Below, piece by piece: positions 24,845 through 37,197 of a stretch of 64,000 nt of DNA. The notes under the pieces were generated by a model. It was not told where the DNA came from and did no database searches. It saw only the letters and a program-made list of their open reading frames with translations. The stretch is from assembly GCA_964016885.1 (NCBI GenBank), contig OZ024741.1:123070001-123134000 (forward strand), in the 5' to 3' direction. Source of the stretch: Eledone cirrhosa (lineage: Eukaryota). The position numbers and the translations under genes are program-made. Every line of letters starts with the position of its first letter. The stretch's first letter is position 1.

Positions 24845-25252
24845 GTATGGGTTTCCCGAACATTTATTATAATACTCGGTTTGTTGGTAAACGAACAGCC
24901 CGAAATAGTAGTTCGACATAGTGTTCGGAAACCATGTTGCCCTTTTGTTCGACACTGACTAGGAAACAATGAACTAGTTTTTAGCTTATTTGCTGTCAAC
25001 AGCATCGTATACCTTCCTGTCAGTTGATTGAACGTTTGAAAGTATATACTTTCCTTTTGCATATTAACGGCTGAGCAGCCTAATTTGTATATCAAGTGAG
25101 TTCGTCGGCCGGGTTTACCGAAAACAATAAATGGAAAAAAATGAAATTTCATTTCTCACTCTTAGTACGGCTGATACTTAAATATAAGTATGTATACGTA
25201 CATACATATATGTATACAGATATACACTAGTATGTATATACATACATACATG

Positions 25253-25351
<99 letters not shown>

Positions 25352-25526
25352 CGTATGGGTTTACCGAACATTTATTATAATGGTTGGTTTGTTTGTAAAC
25401 CAAAAGCCAGAATTAGGAGCCGTACAGTGTTCGGAAACCATCGTTGGTCCTTTTGTTCAACACTGACTAAGGAACGATGAACTGGTTTCTAGCTTATTAG
25501 CTGTCATCAGCATCGTATACCTTCCT
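24841..25526. repeat. Two diverged copies of a ~178-bp repeat, each starting right after (TA)n
   Basis: gtacgtatgggttt(c/a)ccgaacatttattataat..cagcatcgtataccttcct at 24841 and 25349. Confidence 0.75.
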
Positions 25527-27633
25527 ATATATATATACAAAATTTAGTACAGCATCAACGAAGCCATGGTTGCAGCCAAGCAAACGAATGCAGTTTCGGT
25601 GTGCAGCTAAGCAGTCGGATAGGGTATATAACCCTAGAGTTATAACATTACGTTTAGACAGCTTTGCAAAGAGAGAGAGAGAGAGAGAGTCAGTCAGTGA
25701 GAGATGGATAGAGAAATAGATATGTAGATAGATATGTATGTGCGTGTGGGCGTGCGCAGGTGTATGTATCAATACTTGAAAAATGTCAAGTACTGTAGGC
25801 ACATAACAGAGTTAACATAGTACCTGAGTAGAAAAATGTTTTGAGTATAGATTTCGTCTTGTTTGATGTGATACACACATGCGTGTGCACACTCAGTCTC
25901 ATACACAAATACACACACACAAACACACACACATATATATATAAATAGGCATAAATATATAACGTAACATTAACAAACCGAATAAACAATTATATAGATA
26001 AGAGTTGAAAGATCTACCAAAACAAATTTGGCGTAAAAGAAATATTATTGAAAACAAAGACTAAAATATATTTGAGCACGTTTGTGTGGGAAGTGAAATG
26101 TGGGGAAAAAATGTCTTACAGAACAGTTTAAACAAATGTCTAGTATTTTATGTACATGAGATAAGAAACAAAAATATCAAAAACAGCTATAGCTGAAATA
26201 GTTTCCTCAAGTTGAACTGAAACCAATTGTAGAAAGGAAACTTTAAAGCACGATTTTCAATATGTTTTCAATATGTTGAAGTCTACAAATAACAATAGTT
26301 AGAAAATCATGTAATAAAAAAAATTACTATATTAAAAAATGTATCACTTTCTAGGTAGTAGAGAACGGGTGCATCAATGTAACATTATATTTAACGAAAT
26401 ACTATGTTAAATATTTTGCTATTTAAATATATAAATCACGAGGAGTATGGAATGTTTATAGATTTATAGTGAAAATCTCAACTTTCGTTTACAGCGTCAC
26501 TATTGCGAATATTTTTTCAGATAAAGATAGGAAACACAAATCGGTATTTCAAAGTAATAGTGTATTTAACAAAATAGAATTTTAAATATTTTGTTATGTA
26601 AATCAATCAATGTCATGACCCAGGCAGACGGTTTACAGTTGTATATCGAAAATCTAAATTATTGTTTGCAACAGCACTGTTGCGGTTAAATCCTCCGAAT
26701 TGTTATGATGAAAGTAGGAAACATTGATAAATTTATAAATGCCTTGTTTTAGATTTCAGTCGGGTGAGATTGAATACATTTCTTTTCAGCTCACAGCTTT
26801 TAACGAATAAGCACTAATTGTTTCTACTTTTGGCACAAGGCCAGCAATTATACCAGTGTATTACTGGTAGTTTATTTTATCGACCCCTTAAGGCAAAGTT
26901 AACCACGGCGGGATACACACGCACGCGCACACACACACACATATATATTGTTTATATATGTGTGTGTGTGTGCGCGTGCGTGTGCGTGTGTTTTGTATAT
27001 ATAAATATATATATAAACATATACAGACAATTAAAATACAACAAACACTAGAAAAGTAATTCTTATCATTTTTCAAATATATATTAATATAACAAGAATT
27101 TCTAAAATTTGTATTATATATATATATGTGTGTATGTGTGTGTGTCTATATGTGTGTGTGAGAGTGGTTGTGTGTGCATAAATATATATATATAGAGAGA
27201 GAGAGAATGAGAGTGAGAGGGAGAGTGAGAGATGCATGTATATATATATATACACACACACACACATATATATATAAGTATTTTTGACTATGTGTGTGTT
27301 CGCGTGTTTTTATTCATGTATTGCGACTTTCCATGAATTTAGAAGAAAGGTTAGGTGCATCTTCAAATCTTTACTAATTTTTCCTTATACAACGTGGAGG
27401 TGAGTGGCTTATAGTTGGATTCACAATAGTGAGGTTGTGAGTTCCATTCCTGGTCTGTACTATGCGTTATTTTCTTGAGCAAGGCGCTTTATTTCGCAAT
27501 GCTGCTTCTGCCAAGTAGATAGTTTCCGTAATTGAAAAGACCAATGGCAACGTTGTTTCCTTATGCAATCTGACGAGTTCTACCCATTCGGTTAGTGAAG
27601 GAGGGTTAGGATCTTCTCGATTCGGATCATCCC

Positions 27634-27669
<36 letters not shown>
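27634..27669. repeat. (TCTA)n microsatellite 5' of Tx1 element 1
   Basis: Directly visible. Confidence 0.95.
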
Positions 27670-27670
<1 letters not shown>

Positions 27671-27871
27671 GATAGAGTAAGACACGCTTCGCATCGGCTC
27701 CGCTATTCCATCGGGATTTACCCTTACTATTGTAAGTACCGGATAAATTTTTTAGTGCAACACATTTGGAACACTAACCCCTGTTATTTAGGGAAACATT
27801 TTTGCATTTACCCCCTTTTTAGGGGGTAAAATAAATATCTATTTTTGCCGAAAAATTTCTTTCTTGGCAGC

Positions 27872-29703
27872 ATGGCGGAAAAGATGGCAGACATGTCTGC
27901 CATTAGCTCTGCCACGCCCCCCAAGTCTGAAGAACAAAAAATAATTACAACAAAATTAGACATTGAAACAAACAAACAAAATGAAAAACAAATGTTAAGG
28001 AAAATGAGCAAACAGAAAACAAACAAACAGAAAATAATACAAATAACGACAGGGCAACTTTCGCCCAGAAAACAAAACAATCCATTACATACACACCAAT
28101 TGACCTAACTGCCGCCAGAGAAAAACTGGCCGAAGCAAAGAAACACATTGTTTTGGGGGAGAACGGAATGTTTTCCATTAACTCCCCCCCAGAATTCAAG
28201 AAAGCCAGAGCAGAAAACACAGTTCTCTACAGAACTATACTGAACCAGACAAGAAAGCCAGCATAGCCCAGCCAAATGGAAATAGAGTTAGTCCTAAAAG
28301 ACTATATGAAGAATATTCTCTTCATACGAAAGGACCGACTCTATGGCAGCATTTCGGTCCTAACAAGAGACAAAGAAACGGCGGAGAAGCTTTCCCTAAG
28401 CCCACTCTCGTCGACAACATATAGCTTCTATCCCTCCTACATGGGTAGAAGAACACAGAGAGTAAAAGTAAAAACAATGCTGCCCACAATGGACTTCTGG
28501 TGGGCTATTGCTGGCTTCATTGATATGGGCGAAGACACAATGCTGTCAATGGGGAAGGCAACTGGAGATGCGTTCCTGGGAATGGGCCTCGACATACTAG
28601 TCCAAATGAGGCCCGAAAGAATAGCACAAATCCCGGATCGCATCTGGCTGGATGACCTTACCCCAATAGACATAATTGTAGAGGGGAGAAGACCAGCATG
28701 CTATTTATGCATGGAAAGGGGACACGTTAAGGCTAACTGCCCGAAACGTATCCCCCAAAAAGGACTATTGCCCACACCCACCACAAACAGTACACCAACA
28801 CCACCCACCTCCAAAAATACACTAATACCACACACAGCAAACAAAATACAGACACCACCAACCACAAACACAACACAAACATCACCACCACCAGCACCAA
28901 ACACAAGCACGACACAAAAATCACCACCACCAACCACAACACAAACATCACCACCACCATCACCAACCACAAGCACGACACAAACATTACCACCACCACC
29001 ACAAAACCCATTCCAAACAAATAATAAAAAAAACAGTAACAAATCTACCCCTCCCGCAAAAAAAAAACAACCACACAACACGTCCCTCCCACCTAGCGCT
29101 GAAGAGTTTCCCCCAACTTCTGAAGAAGAAGGAGGAGAAGCCTTCAGACAAGTTAAAAGAAAAAAAAGAAAACACACACCCAGCACACCACAAATAACCC
29201 ACACACAAACACCAACTCCAATCAAAAACACCCCACCCTCAACAAACAAAAATAAATCTGCGCCTCCCCTCTCCGAAACATTGACAGCATCACAAAAAAA
29301 GACGTTGCAATACACATATATAAATAAAGAAAACAAAAAACTGGTTAAATTAATAAACAATAACCCTATGGTGCAGACCGAAGGGCCAAACTTTATCTCA
29401 ACAGAGAACTTCACCCATTTAAAAATGATAAAGGTCCCTCTGGACCTTTATCGTTCCTTAAAAGAACAATTTAGACGGGACGTGAGCCCCCCCTGTTTAA
29501 AACCGTTGAATCGCGTCCTCTTGAAAGATTTCCCCATAACCGCCCCTCTCCCTGACACAACTCCAAATACCCCAACCCCACCACACACGTGTACCCCCAC
29601 ACCACCACAAAACATCCCTCCACCCAACACACCTGATGCCATGGAAATTACGCAACCCGGAGAGGTAAGTGCTTTTCTTTCTTCACTTTCAACACCAAAA
29701 TAG
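27872..29703 (+). pseudogene. Tx1 ORF1 (gag-like, zinc knuckle), disrupted
   Basis: CYLCMERGHVKANC; the upstream part aligns with copy-4 ORF1 (GENG..KPA*PSQ vs KPEQPSQ) across a frameshift near 28070 and a TAG at 28264. Confidence 0.85.
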
Positions 29704-29708
29704 ATCAA

Positions 29709-32700
29709 TTGAGAGTTGGCTGTTTGAACGCGCGTGGCCTGGGCTCAGCTTGGAAGCAAGCAAAGCTTCTAAGTGACCTCAGGTCACAAAGTATAGATGT
29801 GATGGTTGTTTGCGAGAGTCGGATCAGCAGCGTGAGACAGCTGGCGCCCGCCTTCGATGACTTTGAGATGCACGCATCTCTCTGTCAACCCGGAGGCGGG
29901 GGGGGGGGGGAGTTGCCGTACTGCTGGATAAACGTCTGACTCTCGACGTACAGATTGTTCACTCGGACCCGGGGGGTCGATTACTGGTGCTGGACGTCGG
30001 AGGCGGTGAAGGCGGGGCTTTCAGACTGGTCGGTCTTTATGCTCCCTTCGGGGCGGAAAGAGCCGACTTCTTCCAGCGTCTGGAGACTTTTCTAGGAACG
30101 TCGCGTTCCCTGCTTTTAGTGGGGGACTGGAATGGAATCCTAGATGCGCGTTGGGACTATGCAGGGGCATGTCCCGATAGAGGGGGGTGTAGCAGCCTCA
30201 AGGGGTTACTCGATCGATTCGACCTGGTCGATAGATTTCGACTAGATTGTCCAACTGCGCCAACCTGGACCTGGGCAAACCGCAGTGGACAATCTAGATC
30301 GTACCTAGATAGGTTTTTGGTTAGGAGTAAGGATAGGGACGTATTTAGTTGTCCAGAACTGATCATGGTTGGCTATTCAGATCACAAATTAGTGACCTGC
30401 GTGGTCAACCTTGATAGAACGCATAGACAGGGTCCCGGTTACTGGAAGATGAACTTGTCCTTACCGACAAAGAAAGATTACAGAAACCGGATTAGTAGCT
30501 TAGTTAAGATGCGGTTGACGGGAGCGATCGTCAACAGTAGGTGGTGGATATCTCTAAAGAGAGAGATTAGAGTAAGTTCGATAGGTTACAGTAAGGAACT
30601 AGCGGCGAATAGAAATAGGAGGGAAAGGGAGTTAACAGATAAACTAGAAGAGGCGATTAGGAGCGGAGACGTAGCCAGAGTGTTAGCGACGAGAACGGCA
30701 TTGAGCCAGTTCTTTGACGCGAAGCACGAAGGCTGCGTTGTCCGAAGTAAAATACGTGCTTTAGGAAACGAGGGGACCAAAGCTGTTAGCTGGGCCCGCG
30801 TGACAGAAGCCAAGAGTGGGATTAAATCCACCATTCGGTCTTTGCGAGACCAGGATGGACGGGTGATCCTTGAACCTGAGCGAATGTGCGAGACCTTTCA
30901 AAGGCACTTTGCTCGACTGTTCGGAGGTGGCGGGGGGCCGGACGGGGATGTGGACTTCGGTCCATACCTCGACGGTCTACCGCGTCTTTCGAGCGGCGAA
31001 GCGGAGTGCTGCGAAAGGCCAATCACAGCCACTGAAATCGGGGAAGCGCTCAGCCAATGCAGCAGACGCAAATCCCCGGGTCTCGATGGTCTACCATACG
31101 AACTTTATTTAGCTATGCCGGTCTTGTTCTCCGAACTCCTCGAGGCTGTCTATTGCAACTGGCAACAGAACGGGAGAATTCCCTGCTCTGTGACCAAGGG
31201 CGTGGTCACGCTAGTGAGGAAGGACGAGAGCAAGGGGGACGACTTAAGTAACTTTAGGCCCATAACTCTGCTGAATGCAGAGTTACAGATTTTGGCCAAG
31301 GTGTTGGCGAAGAGGTTGGCGCTTGTGGTGGGTGGTTTGGTGGGAGACGCGCAGACATGCGCTATCCCGTCCAGGTCCATTCACGACAACCTCCACCTCA
31401 TGCGATACATCATAGAGAGGGTTGGCTACGAACCCGGCTTTGGTGGGGCCCTGATCAACTTGGATCAATCTAAGGCGTTCGATAGGGTCGACCATGGTTA
31501 CCTGGATGCGGTGCTAGCGGCGGCGGGCTTCGGACCCGTTTTCAGGGGCTGGATTTCTGCCATGCACAGTGGCAACATCTACTCTAGGATTAAAGTAAAC
31601 GGCTACCTCTCGGAGCCGTTTCAAATCACCCGATCCATCAGACAGGGGTGCCCCCTCTCCTCCCTTCTGTACGTATTGACTCTCGAGCCACTGCTGCGGA
31701 AGTTGGAGTTGCTGCGGGGCATACCCCTGGAACTGGGATTGCACAAAGCGGTCTCGGCCTATGCCGACGACGTAACAGTAATGGTGGCGGACGCCTCGGA
31801 AATCGGGGCGATCGCCACCCTACTGGAGGAATACGAAAGGCTGACGGGGGCTAAGCTGAACCAGGACAAGTCAGTCGGTTTGCAACTCGGAACGTGGAGG
31901 GGCAAACCGATGCCGTTAGACGGTGTCGTCGGGCGGTGGACGGAGGGCCCGGTGAAGCTGCTCGGGGTCTGGTTCGGATCGGACCTCCAGGTGGAGAAGA
32001 ATTGGGGCGAGGTGACGAGCAGGGTGTTTGCGCTGACCCAGAAGTGGGCCAAGTGCAAACTATCACTGAAAGGTCGGGCGGAGGTGACGAACGCTTACAT
32101 AGCGTCCGTCATCTACTACCGCCTGACCGTCGTGCCTTGCCCCAAGGAAAAGCTCACCATCATGGAACGCATGCTCTTCCAGTTCCTCTGGAAGAAGCGG
32201 CCTCCCATGGTGAGGAGATCCATCTGCTGCCAGCACCCTTCGAAAGGAGGGCTGGGTATGCCGTGGCTGTTGATGCGTAGGCACGCATTGAGGCTACGGC
32301 ATCTACAGGTATTCCTCAACGGTCAGCCGGTGTGGGCCCCGTTTGTGAGGCGAGCCTTCCCACAGCTCGTCTCGCTCAGCGAACTGCAATCCTGGGTGAA
32401 GCAAAGACCGAGAAAACTGGGCAACTGGCACACCGAGTGTGCCCAGGCGCTCACGGCTATCTGGCAAGCGGACCCGACTGTCAGTGGAGAATCCACCTCG
32501 ACATTCTATAGAGGGTTGGTGGCTAGCAGGGGCGATGACACCCTTGGAGAGTCGCTAGGCATGGAGGAGGACGAACTGGCCAGCCTGTTCGGTAGAACTT
32601 TCGGCCCGGGACCCATGGATAACTTCCAGAGGTCCCTAGCCTGGCAGTGTTACCGGGGGGCTCTGCCCGTTCGAGAAAAGCTCTACAGACACGGGCGCCC

Positions 32701-33142
32701 GGGCAGGGATCCCGCGAAAAAGATCTGTCCCAGATGCGTGCGCGACGAGGAAACCGTTGCGCATGCACTGGTACACTGCCCGGGCGTTGCCGATCTGTGG
32801 GGCTACGTCGAACGACTGCTGTCGCGTGTGGCGCCGATTCGATTAACCGCCGAGTCTGTGGTGAACATCAAGCCGCCTCCTCCCTTCAGAAATGAAGCAG
32901 AGGCGGTCTTTCTGTGCGTAATAGCCATGATGAAAGAGGTTGTGTGGTGGACGCGCCTGAAAGGTCTGAGGTCGGGTGACTTTCTCTCCGGCCATCACCT
33001 GGTTTACTTCTTCCGATACCACTTCGGAAGAAGAATCAGGATGGAGAGAGAAGTGCTTGGTCCCAGACAGTTTTATGAAAGGTGGGTGAAAGAAGCGAGA
33101 ATGGCCCGTGTAAATGGGCCTTCTCTCTACATTGTTCTGTAG
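29709..33142 (+). pseudogene. Tx1 ORF2 (AP endonuclease-RT-zinc finger), frameshifted in a poly-G run near 29900
   Basis: CLNARGL, VGDWN, SYLDRF, SDHK, GPGYWK, SPGLDGL, LDQSKAFDRV, RQGCPLS, AYADD, CPRC..ETVAHALVHC. Confidence 0.92.
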
Positions 33143-33373
33143 GTGAAGAAGTGAAGAGGAAAGGGGGAGCGCCTCCTCTCTGGGCTTCCCCCGCGAAAAG
33201 AGTTGCACACTTTTCGGGGGTATGTGCAATCCCCAACACGCCCCCTCCCTTTTGAGGACTTTTTATTGTTATATTATTATTGTTATTCCTTTTTTCTTTA
33301 CTCGATTTATGTAAACTCCCCCACTGTGTAAATGTCCCCTTCTTTTGTGCCCTCGTGGCAAATAAATAGAAAT

Positions 33374-33407
<34 letters not shown>

Positions 33408-33409
<2 letters not shown>

Positions 33410-33732
33410 GGGTGAAAGTGGCGAGAATGGCCCGTGTGAATGGGCCTTCACTCTACATCAGACTATAGGTGAGGAAGATGAAAGACCAAGGGAGCACCCC
33501 TTCTCTGTGCTCCCGAGGAGAAGGGTTGCACACTTTTTTCGGGGGTGTGTGCGACCCCCCAAGGCGCCTCCTCTCTATTGAGGACTTTGTTATAAATTTT
33601 ATTTTTTGTTATATTTTATTTTATTTTTATATATTGTTATTGCCTCCTCCTTATTGAGGACGCCTTGTTTTGTAAACTCCCCCCATTGTACTTGTCCCAC
33701 TTTTGATGCCCTGGTGGCAAATAAAAGAAACA
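33408..33732 (+). mobile_element. Severely 5'-truncated Tx1 copy 2 (last ORF2 codons + 3' UTR)
   Basis: WVKVARMARVNGPSLYIRL*; 3' UTR nearly identical to copy 3; (TCTA)n both sides. Confidence 0.9.
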
Positions 33733-33793
<61 letters not shown>

Positions 33794-33836
33794 CTCTATC
33801 TCTCTATCTCTCTCTCTCTCTATCTATCTATCTATC

Positions 33837-34940
33837 CTCTACGTATTCCTCACCGGACAACCGGTGTGGGCCTCGTTTGTGAGACGAACCTTTCCCAGAC
33901 TCGTCTCACTCACCGAGCTGCAATCCTGGGTCAAGCAAAGACCGAGAAAACTGGGCGCCTGGCACACTGAGTGTGCCCAGGCGCTCACCGCCCTCTGGCA
34001 GGCGGATCCGGTTATCAGTGGAGACTCCACCGCAACATTCTATAGAGGGCTGGTACGCAGCAGGTGCGACGACGCCCTCGGAGAAGCCCTAGACATGGAG
34101 GAGGACGAATTGGCCAGCCTGTTCGGTAGGACATTCAGCCCGGGACCTATGGACAACTTCCAGAAGTCCCTGGCCTGGCAGTGCTACCGAGGGGCTTTAC
34201 CCGTTCGAGAAAGGCTCTACAGACACGGGCACCCGGGTAGGGACCTCGCCAAAAAGATCTGTCCCAGATGCGTGTGCGACGAGGAAACCGTTGCACACGC
34301 ATTGGTACACTGCTCGGGCGTAGCCGATCTGTGGGGCTATGTCGAACAACTGCTGTCAAGGGTGGGACCGATCCGGTTGACCACCGAGTCTATTGTAATG
34401 ATCAAGCCGCCTCCCCCCTTCAAAGATGAAGCAGAGGCGGTGTTTCTGTGCGTAATAGCAATGGCGAAAGAGGTTGTATGGTGGGCGCGTCTGAAAGGAC
34501 TGAGGTCAGGCACCTTTCTCGCTGGCCAACAACTGGTCCGTTTCTTCCGATACCATTTCGGAAGAAGGATCAGGATGGAGAGAGAGGTGCTGCACCCCAG
34601 CCGTTTCTATGAAAGATGGGTGAAAGTGGCGAGAATGGCCCGTGTGAATGGGCCTTCACTCTACATCAGACTATAGGTGAGGAAGATGAAAGACCAAGGG
34701 AGCACCCCTTCTCTGTGCTCCTGAGGAGAAGGGTTGCACACTTTTTTCGGGGGTGTGTGCGACCCCCCAAGGCGCCTCCTCTCTATTGAGGATTTTGTTA
34801 AACATTTTATTTTTTGTTATATCTAATTTTATTTTTATATTTTGTTATTGCCTCCTCCTTATTGAGGACGCCTTTTTGTGTAAACTCCCCCCTTTGTACT
34901 TGTCCCACTTTTGATGCCTTAGTGGCAAATAAAAGAAACA
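33837..34940 (+). mobile_element. 5'-truncated Tx1 copy 3 (ORF2 C-terminus + 3' UTR)
   Basis: VFLTGQPVW..CPRCVCDEETVAHALVHC..NGPSLYIRL*; (TCTA)n both sides. Confidence 0.9.
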
Positions 34941-34958
34941 TATCTATCTATCTATTTG

Positions 34959-35032
<74 letters not shown>

Positions 35033-35263
35033 AAATCTAGCTGTCGTCTGTTCTACAGTGTGGATGTCATTCACTTCGCACAGAAGTTCTGTTCAAATTT
35101 ATTGAGGAAATTTTGTGAGTTCAAACTTAATTTTGATACAATTGTGTAGCTTGACCCTCCGTCTGAACTGTCAGGCGGTGGGTCAGCTCATCTTTACCCC
35201 TCCTAGAGGTGAAAAACCTGTTTTAAAAAATTTTGTGTAAAAAATTTCAATCGTCTAACAGAA

Positions 35264-37164
35264 ATGTTAAACGCAGCGAACGAAAATAGTGGTGGGGGGA
35301 CAGCGGTAAGAGTTGTAAGCTCGCACGCTTTAGTCCTCCCTTCCTTCCCAACTAACGTCATAGAGAAGGAAGGAAAAATGAAAATAAAAACGGACGAATC
35401 TGCGGAGAAAAAATTAAATGACGAAAACATAAATCTGGACTTGGATTCCAACAACGAAAAAAAAAAATTTGAAAAATTGCATGACAATACTAATAACACA
35501 AACAAAGACACAACAAACAAAAAAATAACAGTTGAAAATAACATCATATCAGAAAACAAAGCAGACGACAAGATTTCATTTGCACAGAAAACAAAGAAAT
35601 CTTTGACTTATATAGCGGAAAACATTTCAGATATGGTACGAAGGATCACGGACGCAAAACAATACATAAGTGAAGGTGAGAATGGTATTTTATTGGTAAA
35701 AATGCCTCAAGAATTCACGAAAGACATTGAAAGCCGAACGGTCAAGTTTCGGACCATCAACAACAGTACAAAAAAACCTGAACAGCCTTCTCAAGCAGAT
35801 ATCAAAACAGTACTCACAGAAGTACTGAATGAAACAACTTTCATAAGAAAAGACAGACTGTATGGAAGCCTAGCAATTATCATGAAGAACGAATCGGCGG
35901 CAAAAAAATGTGCTTTGTCACCGATTCGTTCGAAAAATTTCACCTTTTATCCATCTTATATGGGAAAAAAAACTCAACGCATATGGCTGGATGCAATGAT
36001 GCCAGATGTGGACTACTGCTGGCTCATAGCTGGCTTCATCGATCCAGTGAATGACAACGTGATTTCCATTGGGAAAACCACAGGCAATGCGTTCAGTGGA
36101 ACAGGTATAGAGCTGGTAGTACAAATGAAGCCTGAACGCATCGCCCAAATACCCGACAGAATCCTATTAGAGGACCACGGGTATATAAACATTAGTGTGG
36201 AGGTGAGAAGGCCGTCCTGCCATATCTGTGCAGGCAGAGGGCACCTGAAGGCCGCTTGTCCCCAACTCAACAAAAAGAAAACCCTGCTACCAACACCAGC
36301 TCCACCACCACCACCACAACAGATAAACAAACAACAAAACTCAGTCCCACCCAACCCGTCCCTCAGTAACACCACAACACCACCACAACACAAACAGTCA
36401 CAACACATTACCCCAAAACAAAATACAGGCCCACCCAACCTCTCACTCAATAAAACAACACAACCACCGCAGACACAACACACAACACAGTCTAACATAG
36501 TGACATCCATCTCCCCCACAAAGAAAACCAACACGGAAACATTACCAGCAAACATACCTCTTCCCTCCAACACTGAAGATAACCCAACGAATTCGGAGGA
36601 AGAAACGGAGTCCTTCAGACAGATTAAAAGGAAAAAAAGAAAACATGTGCAAAACACACAAGGACAAACAACCCCCACCCAAATCGCAACACAATCCAAC
36701 AAAACAGAAAACACCCCTCCAGCAACAAACAAAACCAAACCTGCCCCTCCCCTCTTCGAAACACTCACACCATCGGAAAAAAAGACATTACACTATACTT
36801 ACATCAACAGAAACAATAATAAATTAAATGAACTCATATACAATAATCCTTCGGTACAAACCGAAGGTGTAAACTTTGTTTCGTCAGAAAACCACCCACA
36901 TTTAAAACTAATAAAATCCCAATGAACCTCTACCAAAAACTAAAAAAGGATTTTAAGGAGGACGTAGGACCACCCTCTGTCAAACCCATAAACCGCGTCC
37001 TACTAAAAAACTTTCCCCCTCCCCTTCCCCTCCCCAACACAACTCCAAACACCCCAACCCCACCACACACTGACGACCCCACACCACCACAAGACACCCC
37101 TTCACCCAACACCCCTGACCCCATGGAAGTCGTGCAACCCGAACCCCGGGAAGCGGAAAGGTAG
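35264..37164 (+). pseudogene. Tx1 ORF1 with a late frameshift near 36920
   Basis: CHICAGRGHLKAAC; continuation ORF 36922-37164 matches the copy-1 C-terminus. Confidence 0.85.
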
Positions 37165-37197
37165 GTCTCTACACTCTCCTTTGGCTCTGCCGCCCAC

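Larger units (their letters stand above)
27670..33373 (+). mobile_element. Full-length Tx1-clade (L1 group) non-LTR retrotransposon, copy 1
   Basis: ORF1 with CCHC knuckle; ORF2 with APE, RT and C-terminal zinc finger; 3' AATAAA; (TCTA)n on both sides. Confidence 0.92.
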
